DNA of 62,507 nucleotides, filler included, from Scyliorhinus canicula (lineage: Eukaryota), in the NCBI RefSeq assembly GCF_902713615.1. It is 6 parts of 6 records of this genome, joined end to end, with 100 filler letters (N's around TTAATTAATTAA, not from the genome) between each part and the next. Parts side by side here need not be neighbours in the genome. Positions count along the whole stretch, not along the records: positions 1 to 16,309 come from NW_024055483.1; positions 16,410 to 19,849 come from NW_024055499.1; positions 19,950 to 22,474 come from NW_024055470.1; 3 more parts are not named here. One strand, given 5' to 3'. Shown one piece after another: positions 10,565-21,830 of the stretch. Position 1 is the first letter of the stretch; every line of letters begins with the position of its first letter. A model generated the notes under the pieces. The model was not told where the DNA came from, searched no databases, and worked only from the letters and a program-made list of their open reading frames with translations. The position numbers were made by a program, and so were the translations under genes.

Positions 10565-11113
10565 ATGAAGTCCCTCTTCACCGTCACAATACTCGCCACC
10601 CTGCTCTCTCTCGCTGCATCCGGAAGAAGGAGATGCCCGTATGGAAGCCGACGTCCACCCCTGTGCCGAGAAGGAACCCCACGATGTGGAACAACGACAG
10701 GTCTCCGATGGATCACCACCCCTATCAACACCTGCCCGACCACCGTTCATCCCGACGACCAGAAGCCCCGATTCCTGACTACGTACATGGTTCTGATCTA
10801 CGATCGCCGCACATGCCGGTGGAACCACCGGTGCATTGATAAGGACAGGGTACAAATTTTACCATCAAGGACTACTCACCCCTACTCGCCTTCCAGAAGG
10901 AAGCGGGCAACGCACCATGTAACGGCAAATTCTTTTCTGTTTATGTCCTATGTCTATGCTAAGAAAGTGGGTGTCTCCTCTTGCTGGGTATGTACACAGG
11001 TCCCGACCCATGCCCATGGAGGCGTTCCCTTGATATCTGTTCCTTTCTCGATCGAACAGACGGCTGCATGGGTTATATTCCAGACAGTTCAGAGAATATC
11101 ACGCGTCTGGTAA
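10565..11113 (+). CDS. env: Truncated Env N-terminal ORF (182 aa: signal peptide, six-Cys module, RRKR, CWVC motif)
   Basis: Hydrophobic N-terminus MKSLFTVTILATLLSLAASG, RRKR at 10895-10906 and a CWVC motif. A candidate splice acceptor ttttcctttaag is at ~10531-10542. The ORF leaves frame at a deletion junction near 11070. Confidence 0.75.
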   Translation: MKSLFTVTILATLLSLAASGRRRCPYGSRRPPLCREGTPRCGTTTGLRWITTPINTCPTTVHPDDQKPRFLTTYMVLIYDRRTCRWNHRCIDKDRVQILPSRTTHPYSPSRRKRATHHVTANSFLFMSYVYAKKVGVSSCWVCTQVPTHAHGGVPLISVPFSIEQTAAWVIFQTVQRISRVW

Positions 11114-11442
11114 CCCATATCAGAGATGGAGTACAGCGCTTGCGACTCGCCGGTCAGGCTGACTGGTGGAGCTGGATGTGGTCCAATTCTTGGGCCACTT
11201 ACCTATTCCATGGGCTCATTATCTTCGTTACCATCTGTTTGTTGCTCTGTATCATAGCTACTGGTGTGAAATGCCTATGCAACCGTTTGGGTGCCACTGC
11301 ATTACCACAGATGCTTCAGAGATCCGCCCTAGACGAAAAAGAAACACTGGTTCCACCTACCCCTGACCTATATGAGGAAGTGGCATCCTGCCGGAGCCTA
11401 GTAGAGGAGGAGTACCTCCGCCTCGCTCTCATTTCCATCTAA
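11070..11442 (+). pseudogene. env: Env TM C-terminal remnant (out of frame with the N-terminal ORF)
   Basis: YIPDSSENIT (the motif that follows CX6CC in gamma-type TM), a Trp-rich membrane-proximal region, a hydrophobic span and a cytoplasmic tail. No fusion peptide, ISD or CX6CC is present. Confidence 0.8.
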
Positions 11443-11476
11443 AGTATCCTGAGTGTTATGTGATCAAGGAATGATC

Positions 11477-11487
11477 AAAGGGGGGAA
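11477..11487 (+). promoter_or_regulatory. Polypurine tract
   Basis: AAAGGGGGGAA lies immediately before the 3' LTR. Confidence 0.9.
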
Positions 11488-12267
11488 TGTAGAAGTGGAT
11501 TTCATTTGGAACTTCGCTGATAGGGTTAATATAACAGTTCTGAAAAGCTCTGTGAAAGAGATGTCAACAGGTCAAGGGATGAAATAAAGGGAGTGTGTCT
11601 GACCGGCATCTGTAAAAGCAAAGATGTCAGAAGGTTATGGGATGGAATATAGGGAGTGTGGCATTGGTACTAATTAATGTTCTGACCGTATCTGTAAAAG
11701 CAAAGATGTCAGAAGGTTATGGGATGGAATATAGGGAGTGTGACTTTGGTACTAATTAATGTTCTGACCCGTATCTGTAAAAGCAGAGAGGTCAAAAAGG
11801 CAAAGAATGGAATGAATGGGAACCGTTACTTTATTGCAGAGATAACATAATTAAGCTTGTTTGACCAGTTGGAACAAATAAACATTGAAATGTTAAAGGA
11901 AGGGCCTTGGAATGAGATAAGCCATATGGCCATGGGATCAGAAAGACCTTTGTGAACAGCATTAATAGTGACTTGTGCTAATGATTATGTCAAAAATAAC
12001 CTCCCGACCTCGAAGAATAATTCCATATATGTACATGTTCTGGATCCTTGCCAAATCATAGGTGTATCTAGGAATTTAAAGGGACCACCTCTAAGCTGTG
12101 ATTGTATAAAGAGACAGTCCATATTTTGGACTTTGGCACTTCTCGAAGGTAGTTACCCGACTGCTTAGAGATTTGTCCCGGCCGTAAATAAACGAATATT
12201 CGTTACTGACGTGTTCGAGTGTTTTACTTCTGGACTGACGATCAGATACGTGAAAGCGCAATTCACA
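11488..12267 (+). repeat. 3' LTR of the ERV
   Basis: 780 bp, TG...CA. Five substitutions relative to the 5' LTR were found by eye. Confidence 0.97.
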
Positions 12268-12889
12268 GGAGCAGCTGAAAAAGGTAAAATATAATAGCCA
12301 CAGGATTAGGATAAACATGGCAGCAGTTACATTTAGATCCCAAAATAATACAGGATATTTGTGTGAATTATGGCCATATTAACATATTTTCGATGTATTG
12401 GTATTTTAGAGTCAGGATCTCATCGAGATCTCCGTGATTTCATATTGTTTAAAACCAGCTTCCTTAAACAATGTGACTGAGATATCACACTAAACAACGG
12501 TATTCGGCAGGATTTAAAGCAAATTTGGAATTAGCTCCATGTATAACTTTATAATCATTGAAATAAATTGCAATAATAAAAATATGAACCAAAAATAATG
12601 TTACGTCATTATACATCAACGTCCTTCAGTAATTTGAGAATTCGATAATTTTCCAGGAAAGCGCCATATACCTCAGATCGCCACCAGATGGAGCTCGCTC
12701 ACCATGTTTTTCTGTTCACTGCACTCGGTATAGGAGAGACAACATGGTGTTTGTGCGACGAGTCTCGTCATCCAAGGCGTCAAATGGATCTCGGAAATGA
12801 TTGTTTCCTCATTGCTTCCACACTTTTAAAAGATTTACCTGAATATTTACCATTTGATCTCCTTCTGACTGTTTGAGGGTCTGTAATGC

Positions 12890-13400
12890 ACTCCCAGTAG
12901 CATGAGAGCGCCTTTATTGGCCCTACACTCAATCGGTGTGTCGTCAATTGGTCATCTTCCAACATATCATCCCTTGTCATTTTTGTAATTGACTATCTAA
13001 CCAATTTAGCCTGTCTATCTCTGTCTGAAAACCCTGACAGGAGGAATATTGAACTGCCATTCGGTCCCTCTCTATCTGTTTCTGCAGTAACTATTAATTC
13101 ATACTCTTATCGGTGCCCTAAACTGGCCTATTTTGTTTACTGTGCTCACCATATTGAATTATATCCCCATTGCCACTGTCAAATCTTCCTTTTTATTTTC
13201 TATCAATGGATTCCTTTGTTGTCCAGATGCACCCAATGATTTTCCACCTTCCAGGCCCATTCTTGATTATTCCACATCTGAATTTACCAATCAGTTCCCA
13301 CCCTCCTGCCAAAGCAGTTTACCCCTTCCCAGCAGCACTCGACAAACGCCCGACAGGAAACCACTTTACCGCCACCTCTGAGTCAGGCAGCACATTCTCG
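12890..13400 (-). mobile_element. Degenerate CR1 endonuclease-region fragment
   Basis: Resembles the reverse complement of the CR1 ORF2 5' region seen at 49300-49900. No intact ORF. Confidence 0.45.
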
Positions 13401-14518
13401 GGGATGTTGACGGTGGACCTTTCAAAATGAGCGTATGTTTCAGTGAAAATTGTTATTTTGGAACTCGAGGCTGTCAGTGGGGAGGTGGTGACCTCGTGGC
13501 ATTATCACTGGGTAAATAAATCAGAAATCCTTGTTTGAATCTCACCATGGCGGGTGTTGGAATTTAAATCATTCAGGTTTGTTATTGTAAAAAATACAGT
13601 TCTACAGGAGACTGCAGATCCACAGCAATGTGATTGACTCTTTTTCACAAATACTTTCATTGGGATTTTTAACATTTAGTAACAAGGTGTATGCACAACA
13701 TGAGACAGAGCCATTGGTAAGAATACAAAAGAAGAAACAAAGCAACAGCAACGTCATAAACATCTGTAAAACAGGTCGTCACTTTCACTGTGAACCAGGT
13801 TCTGTGCTCACATTTCCTTTTGTACATTTATATTTACAATCAAAGTCAGAACTTTTAACTTTATATTTACGCTCATTTTGAACGGCGAAGTGGGGAGCGG
13901 GTGGGGGGGGGGGGGGGGGGGGGGTGGTGTAGAAGTCCTGTTCCCCCATTGAGTTTTCGAGGGAGGCTCGGATGGTCCATCTCCTCGGTTTTCCATGTGT
14001 GTGTGTTGGGAGGTACTCAAAAGGACAGACACAAACGATGCTGTAACTGGCTTAGAGGAAATGCCAGAGACTTAACTGAACCAACTTTGAGATAGGAAAA
14101 ACGGTCTTCCTGATGGATAAACAGGAAAAGCCAGTGTGGGAATCCAGGCTCAAAGTTGATTTACAATTACCCCTCCTTTCTTCTACATGAACGGTATTTA
14201 GGCTGCAGCATGTTACACACCAAAACACAAAGAGGTCAAATATAAGAAACACATAATTGTCAATTCCGAAACTCAACTCAAGCATTGAATAACGAAACAA
14301 ATATTGTGTAAAGTCGGTTGCTTTGTTCTGTAGGATTTAAGAATGCTGCATTAATAATAGAAGAGAGCATTTCGCCATTAGAGATTTGCTGAACAAATTC
14401 TTCAGTTCAATATAAGTTCTTCTTCTGGCTTGTAAGTTTAAACATCTGTTTTAAAGAAACAGACGTGTTCTTTTAAGAAGTGACATGGCCTCTCAGCAAA
14501 GCTGAACCGTGCAAAGCT

Positions 14519-14591
14519 GTTTCTGTGGTGTAGTGGTTACCATATTCGCTTTACACGCGAATGGTCCCCGGTTCGGAACCGGGCAGAAACA
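14519..14591 (+). tRNA. tRNA-Val(TAC)
   Basis: 73 nt with GTTTCTG/CAGAAAC acceptor stem, anticodon arm TTCGC-TTTACAC-GCGAA and T arm CCCGGTTCGGAACCGGG. It has a few changes from the typical vertebrate tRNA-Val. Confidence 0.85.
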
Positions 14592-14685
14592 TCTGGTGCT
14601 TCCAGTTTAGTCTGTTGCTGAATATTACCTCAATCTCGTAACTGATCTTCACCATCGAGGAATAGCACGAGTTTGGAACTGCTGT

Positions 14686-14758
14686 GGGCCAGTGGCGCAA
14701 TGGATACCGCATCTGACTACGAATTAGGAGATTCCAGGTTCGACTCCTGGCTGGCTCG
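14686..14758 (+). tRNA. tRNA-Arg(ACG)
   Basis: 73 nt, GGGCCAGTGGCGCAATGG...CTACGAA...GGTTCGACTCCTGGCTGGCTCG, followed by a TTTT terminator. The anticodon stem contains wobble pairs. Confidence 0.85.
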
Positions 14759-14772
14759 CAGTTCCTAGTTTT

Positions 14773-14900
14773 GGCGTCCCCTTTAGTTCAGTGGGTTGGA
14801 CAGCTGGTTCCCGATGCAGAGCAAAGTGAGCAGGGCATCATCAATTCTCGTTTCAGCTCTGGTTATTTATGAAAGCCCTGCCCTCTCAATTTAACTTCAA
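14773..14900 (+). mobile_element. tRNA-derived SINE (degenerate; same family as 28128-28335)
   Basis: ttagttcagtgggttggacagctggttcccgatgcagagc aligns with the SINE head at ~28128-28170. Confidence 0.6.
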
Positions 14901-15087
14901 GCAAAACATAACTGATCTCCAGTTCAGCAAAGTTCAATATCTGATCCTTTGATAAGTTGAGACATCAGTTTTAAAGAAACGGGTTCTTGCAATAAGTTAC
15001 ATGGCATTTCAGCGGAACCATTAGCAGCTGCAGCAACACATTGCGGTTCAACATTGCACAGGGCCGCTGATTGCAACACTCCCAGCA

Positions 15088-15134
15088 GTTTCTGTCGTGT
15101 AGTGGCTATCACATTCGTCAAACACGCGAAAGGT
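15088..15134 (+). pseudogene. 5' part of tRNA-Val(AAC), truncated by a CR1 fragment
   Basis: GTTTCTGTCGTGTAGTGG...AACACGCGAAAGGT is followed abruptly by CR1 ORF1 sequence. The T arm is missing and position 33 is A instead of U. Confidence 0.8.
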
Positions 15135-16309
15135 GAGTAGGAATGTCAGGATAGATAGGATGAATGCGTGGCTCGAGAGGTGATGCAAGAGGGAGGGATT
15201 CAAATTCCTGGGGCATTAGGACCGGTTCTGGGGGAGGTGGGACCAGTACAAACCGGACGGTCTGCACCTGGGCAGGACTGGAACCGATGTCCTAGGGGGG
15301 GTGTTTTCTAGAGCTGTTGGGGAGGGTTTAAACTAATGTGGCAGGGGGATGGGAACCAATGCAGGAAGTTGGAAGGTAGTAAAACAGGGACAGAAGCAAA
15401 AGGAAGTAAGGGGAAAAGTGCAAGGCAGAGAAGACATAGTCAAAAATCTAAAAGGGCGACAGTGACTGAGGGGAGCTCAGTGAATAGGCCCAGTAATAAC
15501 AAAAGGAATAAAACTGGAGATGTAATTAGAACAGAGAACAGCACAGCACAGAACAGGCCCTTCGGCCCTAGATGTTGTGCCGAGCAATGATCACCCTACT
15601 CAAACCCACGTATCCACCACATACCTGCAACCCAACAACACCCCCCTTAACCTTACTTTTTAGTACACTACGGGCAATTTAGCATGGCCAATCCACCTAA
15701 CCCGCACATCTTTGGACTGTGGGAGGAAACCGGAGCACCCGGAGGAAACCCACGCACGCACGGGACCTCTCGCAAATTCCAACAGCGACACACCCAAAGC
15801 GAGAATCATACCCCTAGACCAACGAGCCCCAAAGATGTTAAGATTCAAAACAGAGGTAAAAAAACCAACATAAGTGTACTTTACCTGAATGCTCATAGTA
15901 TTCGGAATAAAGTAAATGAGCTTGAGCTGGATGAACTTCGGATCATTCGGGAGGCAGAGGGGGTCATAGATAGGAGCTTCAGGGAAATAGTTACACCAAA
16001 GACTGGAGATAGATGGGTAACTGTAAGAGGGACTGGGAAGAAGCAGTCAGTGCAGGGACCCCCTGCGGTCGTTCCCCTGAGTAACAAGTATACCGTTTTG
16101 GATACTTGTGGGGGGGACGACTTACCAGGGGTAAGCCATGGGGTACGGGCCTCTGGCACGGAGTCTGTCCCTGTTGCTCAGAAGGGAAGGGGGGAAAGGA
16201 GTAGAACATTAGTAATTGGGGACTCAATAGTCAGGGGCACAGATAGGAGATTTTGTGGGAGCGAGAGAGACTCACGTTTGGTATGTTGCCTCCCAGGTGC
16301 AAGGGTACG
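15135..16309 (+). mobile_element. Mosaic of CR1 ORF1/ORF2 fragments with an inverted SINE/CR1 tail (15530-15760)
   Basis: CR1 ORF1 SGNH-esterase pieces (VIGDSIVRG...VCCLPGARV) and the ORF2 start (VLYLNAHSIRNKVNEL). A reverse-oriented shark SINE body (catggccaatccacctaacccgcacatctttgg) lies in between. Confidence 0.8.
15761..15828 (-). pseudogene. Intron-containing tRNA-Pro(TGG), 3'-truncated
   Basis: Minus strand: GGCTCGTTGGTCTAGGGGTATGATTCTCGCTTTGGG + 18-nt insert TGTGTCGCTGTTGGAATT (15792-15775) + TGCGAGAGGTCCCG, then SINE sequence. The exons match vertebrate tRNA-Pro. Confidence 0.85.
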
Positions 16310-16409
16310 NNNNNNNNNNNNNNNNNNNNNNNNNNNNNNNNNNNNNNNNNNNNTTAATTAATTAANNNNNNNNNNNNNNNNNNNNNNNNNNNNNNNNNNN
16401 NNNNNNNNN
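16310..16409. other. Artificial contig linker (44 N + TTAATTAATTAA + 44 N)
   Basis: An identical 100-nt block with stops in all six frames recurs at 19850-19949, 22475-22574, 45568-45667 and 59376-59475. Confidence 0.95.
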
Positions 16410-17344
16410 TGGTTACATTTCTGTTTCATATTCTTCTGTCGCCTGCTTGTCTGTTGTATATGTCTGTGTATCTGTGTGGACATGTGGTTGATATGTCTGT
16501 GTACATGCGTGTACCACTTGTGGTGTGTGGATTGGTGTTTGTGTGTGTGGATGTGCACGTGAGATCTGTGTGTTTCTAAACATGTGCTTTTTGTGTTTAT
16601 GTGCATGCTTGTGATTTTTGTGCACATTTGCGTGTGTGTTTTTGTGTCAAAATATGTGTGGTCCGTTGGGCCTGGGTGTATGTTGTGCATGTGTTTCTAT
16701 GTGTGTGTCCATGTGTGTGTTTGTGTCTACTTGTGAGCGTGTGGGTGTTTCTGGGTCTGTGTGCATGTGTGTGTAGTGTCTGTGTCTGTTTATCTGTCTG
16801 TGTATTTGTATCAGCTGCCTGTAGCTTTGCCAGTTGTGGGTATTATTGGTACCGATGTAGAATATGTTGAACTTTCTGCATATAAATGTGTTTTCCGTGA
16901 GTTGCAAGCTGACATCAGGTGACCTAATGCAAAAAAACAAGGAGGCTCCTCGGGAGAGAACAGTGAAAACCCAGGGAGAATTCAATCACCAGCCTGGATT
17001 TGGATTATGGGGAATCGGTCTTAGCATACGGATAAGAGGAACAAGGGTGCTAAAAAAATTATGTTGCATAAATAGATATTTTAAGAACATCTTTATAATG
17101 TTTCAGCCTGTAAACTACATGGCGTCTTGTAATGTCAGTAACTGAGTTCTTAGTCCAGACAACCGTTTACTTCCAAACTCCCTGCTTGGGGACTGGGAAG
17201 ATATTGAGTTAATAATCTCCCTCTCTCTGGTCAGGTCAGCAAATTGCCTTTGGGTTCTCCCTGCTGGAGGGGGAGATACAGAGAGTTCACTCATCACCTT
17301 CCTTCTCTTTTGGTTGGGAAAGTGGAGGTAAAATGTGTTAGTAT

Positions 17345-18075
17345 TGCCCCTTTGCTCTCTTTGTTGGGGAAGTGGGGAGGCAGTGGGTTAAATAATGTCC
17401 TTCCACTCATTGTTGGAAGCGGATGTACAGTGGATTAACTAATGTACACCCCCCTCATTGTTGGAAGCGGATGTACAGTGGATTAACTCAGCCCACCACC
17501 GTCTCTTTGTTGGGGAAGTGGGGGCACAGTGTGTTAACTAATGCTCCTCCCCTCGCTTTGCTGGGGAAGTGGGGGCACAGTGTGTTAAGTAATGCCCCAA
17601 CCCCTCTCTTTGTTGGGGACGTGGGGAGACAATGGATTAACTAATGCCCCTCTCTTTGTTGGTGAAGTGGGGGTACAGTGTATTAACTAAAGCCCCTCCC
17701 ACTCTCTCTGTTGGTGAGGTGGGGTACAGTGGATTAACTAATGCCCCCCTCTCCTCTCTTTGTTGGCGAATTGGGGGTACAGTGGATTAACTAAAGCTCC
17801 TCCCACTCTCTATGTTGGGGAAGTGGGGGTACAGTGAATTAACTAAAGACCCTCTCTCTATTGGGGAAGTGGGGGTACAGTGGATTAACTAATACCCCAT
17901 CCCCTCCCTCTATTGGGGAAGTGGGGGTACAGTGGATTAACTAATGCCCTTCCCCCTCTCTCTGTGTGGGAGGTGGGTGGGTGGGTGGGGAGACAGTGGA
18001 ATAACTAATACCCCTCCCGCTCTCTCTGTTGGGGAGGTGGGGTACAGTGGATTAACAATTTCACTTTCCCCTCTC
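17345..18075 (-). repeat. ~50-55-bp tandem repeat downstream of the IgM secretory exon (minus-strand copy)
   Basis: Unit like ttgttggggaagtgggggtacagtggattaactaatgcccctcccctctctc, roughly a dozen degenerate copies. Confidence 0.9.
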
Positions 18076-18695
18076 TTTGACTGGAGATTGTTGGTCCATG
18101 TTTCTGTGTGACCCTCAAATCAGTTCCCAGTGGGTCTCATGCAGCAACTTAAAGCTGACATTAATTTTAAAGGGATGGACAATGAGAGAAGCAGGAACAC
18201 CGAGATCTAAATGTGATGGGTTTGTTTGTCTGAAATGGGAAATTGTCCGATTTCTCCTCATCTGGAGGAAAGTCAATGAAGATATTTTGCTGAATCCTGG
18301 AATGAATGAGTTTTACTCTGTCTCTAACCCAGGGTGTTTCTGAGCTGAGAGCTCTGGTTGTATCAGACTTGGGGCTGAGACCTGTAGAAATCCGGGTCTC
18401 ATTGACCAGAGACTGGTTTAAAATCGCTGGATTTTAAAGCAGACCAAGACAGGCCAGCAGCACGGTTCAATTCCCGTACCAGCCTCCCCGAACAGGTGCC
18501 GGAATGTGGCGCTGAGGGGCTTTTCACAATAACTTGACTGAAGCCTACTTGTGACAATGTGATTTTCATTTCATTTTCAGATCTAACATCAGTAAAGTGG
18601 AAACACCATTAATCAAGTGGCTGTATGTTTAAATCACAATTAGAGGAAACGTTTTTATTATTTTTATTTTAGTTCGAAATATAACCAATCGATTC

Positions 18696-19087
18696 TCATT
18701 GACATGAATTAACGGTGTCCATCAGAGCGAGGGAAATGTTCACAAAACTGGGTTTACCGCTGGATTTATCAACCGTTCTGTTGATGATCTTCAAGGGGAT
18801 GGCTTCATGTCCCACCACACAGGAGTAAGAAGCGCCGCTGGCCCACTCCTCCGCTGCAATGGATAACAGGCTGTACATGAAGAAGGAGCTATTGCCGTTC
18901 TCCGCCATCACCTCGGTGTTCTTGTAGTTCCCGGGATTCACCGGCTTGTCATTGACGGTCCACTTGACGAAGATCTCTCGGGGGGAGAAACCTCTCACTA
19001 AGCAGCTGAGGGAGACGAATCTCTGAGCGGAGACGTCTTCAGCCGAGGGCAGGAGGACAGAGACGGACGGTTCCCGCGGATTGGGAT
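18696..19087 (-). CDS. IGHM: IgM heavy chain CH4 + secretory tail exon (second copy or allele)
   Basis: CAG acceptor, [17 protein letters not shown]...[22 protein letters not shown], and AATAAA downstream. 392 nt with three differences from 31942-32333. Confidence 0.95.
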
Positions 19088-19849
19088 CTGCAGAAAATGT
19101 ACAATAAATGTCAATAAAACGGGGAATTCCGGAGACAATGGAACCGCGGGTTAGATGTGGGAGAAATGTGTTTTGTGTTGGATTTTAAAGGCTTCCATTT
19201 TCCACTTTGGGATCTGTCCGGGTTCCCAGCTCGGAGCAGAGGTGGACACAATCCTTTTCCCTGAGAATTTACGGATATTGGATTCGAAAGTTTCAGAAAA
19301 TGTACAGCAGGGAAACAGGCCATTCGGCCCAACTGTTCTGTGTTGGTGTCTAAACTCCACACCAGGCTCCTCCCACCTTACCCCAAGAGGATTGGAAAAC
19401 TGCCAATGTAACACCCTTATTCAAAAGGGAGGGTGTCAAAAACAGGTAACTATAGGGATGGACAATGAGAGAAGCAGGAACACCGAGATATAAATGTGAT
19501 GCCAGGGACCTTATCATCTGTCAGTGGAAATCGGTTCGAGTCCATTATAACGGATCCAATAGCTGAGCATTTAGAAATACACAATATAATCAGCAGAGTC
19601 AGCACGGCTTCGTGAAGGGGAAATCATGCCTGACAAATTTATTGCCCTTATTTGAGGTGATAAGGAGAAAGCTAGAGAAAGGGGGGTAGTAGATGTAATA
19701 TACATAAATTTCAAAACTGTGTTTAATAAATGAATGTACTATTCCCACGGCTGCAGATGACAAAATATAAAGAAAGTGGTGAGGTTACAGAAAATCTAGA
19801 GAGGGACAGAGACAGCTTAAGTTACTGAGTAAAAACTTGGCAGATGGAA

Positions 19850-19949
19850 NNNNNNNNNNNNNNNNNNNNNNNNNNNNNNNNNNNNNNNNNNNNTTAATTA
19901 ATTAANNNNNNNNNNNNNNNNNNNNNNNNNNNNNNNNNNNNNNNNNNNN
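19850..19949. other. Artificial contig linker
   Basis: N block with central TTAATTAATTAA. Confidence 0.95.
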
Positions 19950-21830
19950 ATCCCTGGCCTTGTATTCTAGCCCTCTTGACATGAATGCAAACATTGCATT
20001 TTCCTTCCTAACTGCCGACTGAATCTGCACGTTAACCTTAAAAGAATCGTGAACAAAGACTTGCAAGTCCCTTTGTGCTTCTCATTTCCGAAGCATTTCC
20101 CCATTTAGAAAATAGTCTATGCCTAAATTCCTTCTTCCAAAGTGCATAACCTCACACTTTTCCACGTTACATTTCATCTACCACTTCATTGCCCACTCTC
20201 GTAGTCTATCCAAATCCTTCTGCAGCCCGCGTGCTTCCTCAATACTACCTGTCCCTCTACAGATCTTTGTATCAACTGCAACTTAACAACCGTGCCTTCA
20301 GTACCTTCTTCCAGATCATTAATGTATGTTGTGAAAAGTTGTGGTCCCGGCTCAGACCCCTGAGGCACACCTCTAGTCACCAGCTGCCATCCTGAAAACG
20401 ACCCCTTTATCCTCATTCTCTGCCTTCTGGCAGTCAGCCAATCCTCTTTCCATGCCAGGATCTTGTCCTTAACACCATGGTCTCTTAACTTATTTAACAA
20501 ACATCTATGCGGCTCCTTATTAAACGGCTTCTGGAAATCTAAATAAATGACGTCCACTGGTTCTCCTTTGTCTAACATCCTTGTCACATCCTCAAAGAAC
20601 TCTAACAGATTTGGCAGACATGACCTCCCTTTGACAAAGCCATGCTGACTCAGTCCTGTTTTGCCATGCACTTCCAAGTACTCCACGATCATATTTTTAA
20701 TAGCAGATTCTAAAATCTTACCAATGACCGAAATCCGGCTAACCGGCCTATAATTTTCCGTCTTCTGCCTCCCTCCATTCTTAAACAGTGATGTTACATT
20801 CGCCACTTTCCAGTCATCTTGGACCCTTCTTGCCTCTAGTAGCTCCTGAAAGATTACCACCTATGCCTCCACCATCTCCTCAGTTATCTCTGGGGTGTAG
20901 TCCATCCAGTCAAGGTGACTTATCCACCTTCCGACCCTTCAGTTTCTCCAGAACCTGCTCCTTAGTGATGGCCACTGCACGTACCTCTGCTCCCTGATTC
21001 TCTTGGGGCTCTGGCACCCCAGTCTTCCACCGTGAAGACTGATGCAAAGTAACTATTCTGTTCGTCTGCCATTTCTTTGTTTCCTATTATTACTTCTCCA
21101 GCCACGTTTTCCAATGATTTAACATCTATTTTTGCCTCTCTCTTACCTTTTATATATTGAGAAAAACTCTTCCTATTTTATTTTATATTACTAGCCAGCT
21201 TGCACTAAAATTTAATCTTCTCTCCACTTATTGCTTTTTTAGTTGCCCTCTGCTCGCCTTTAAAGACTTCCCAATCCATTGGCTTCTCACTAATCCTCGC
21301 CACTTTGTCTGCTTTTTCTTTTGCTTCTCTGCTACCCTTGACTTCCCACGGCAACCATGGATGCCTTGTTCTCCCCTTAGCATGTTTCCTCCTCCTTGGG
21401 TTGAATTTGTGCCTCCCGAATAACCCCCCAAAACTCCTGCCATTGCGGTTCCACTGTCAACTCTGATACGCTATTCTTCCAATCAACTTTGGCCAGCTCC
21501 TCTCTTATGTCTTTGTAGTTACCCTTATTGAATTGTAATACCGTTACATCTGATTCCAGCTTCTCCCTCTCAAACTGCAGGGTACATTCTATCATATGGT
21601 GGTAATTGCTCCCGAAGGGTTTATTCACCTCAAGATCCCTAATCAGGTCTGCCTCAATATACATCACCAAATCCAGAAATGCCTGATCCCTAGTGGGCTC
21701 TACCACAGTGGCTCCAAAAAAAATCTCTTAAACACCCCAAAAATTTATTTTCTTCGAATCCACTACCAACCTGATTTCTCCAATCTACCTGCATATTGGC
21801 CCCCCATGATTATTGTGATATTGCCTTTTT
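19950..21830 (-). mobile_element. CR1 LINE ORF2 fragment (endonuclease to RT), degenerate
   Basis: ORF 20186..20860 contains ENYRPVS, QHGFVKGRSCLPNLLEFFE, YLDFQK and GVPQGS. ORF 21377..21706 is endonuclease-like. Confidence 0.9.

Larger units (their letters stand above)
5407..12267 (+). mobile_element. Endogenous retrovirus, class I (gamma/epsilon-like), internally deleted provirus
   Basis: Two 780-bp TG...CA LTRs, a 4-bp TSD GGAG (5403-5406 and 12268-12271), PBS, PPT, and pol (tether, RNase H, integrase) and env remnants. Confidence 0.97.

Noticed and set aside
12688-12876. MELAHHVFLFTALG, resembling a V leader exon
   Set aside because: No V exon or RSS follows. The ATG lies in a CTCF-like CCACCAGATGGAG motif, so it may be coincidental.
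15684-16361. 225-aa ORF as a novel gene
   Set aside because: It is a chance read-through of SINE, antisense tRNA-Pro, CR1 ORF2 start and CR1 ORF1 pieces.
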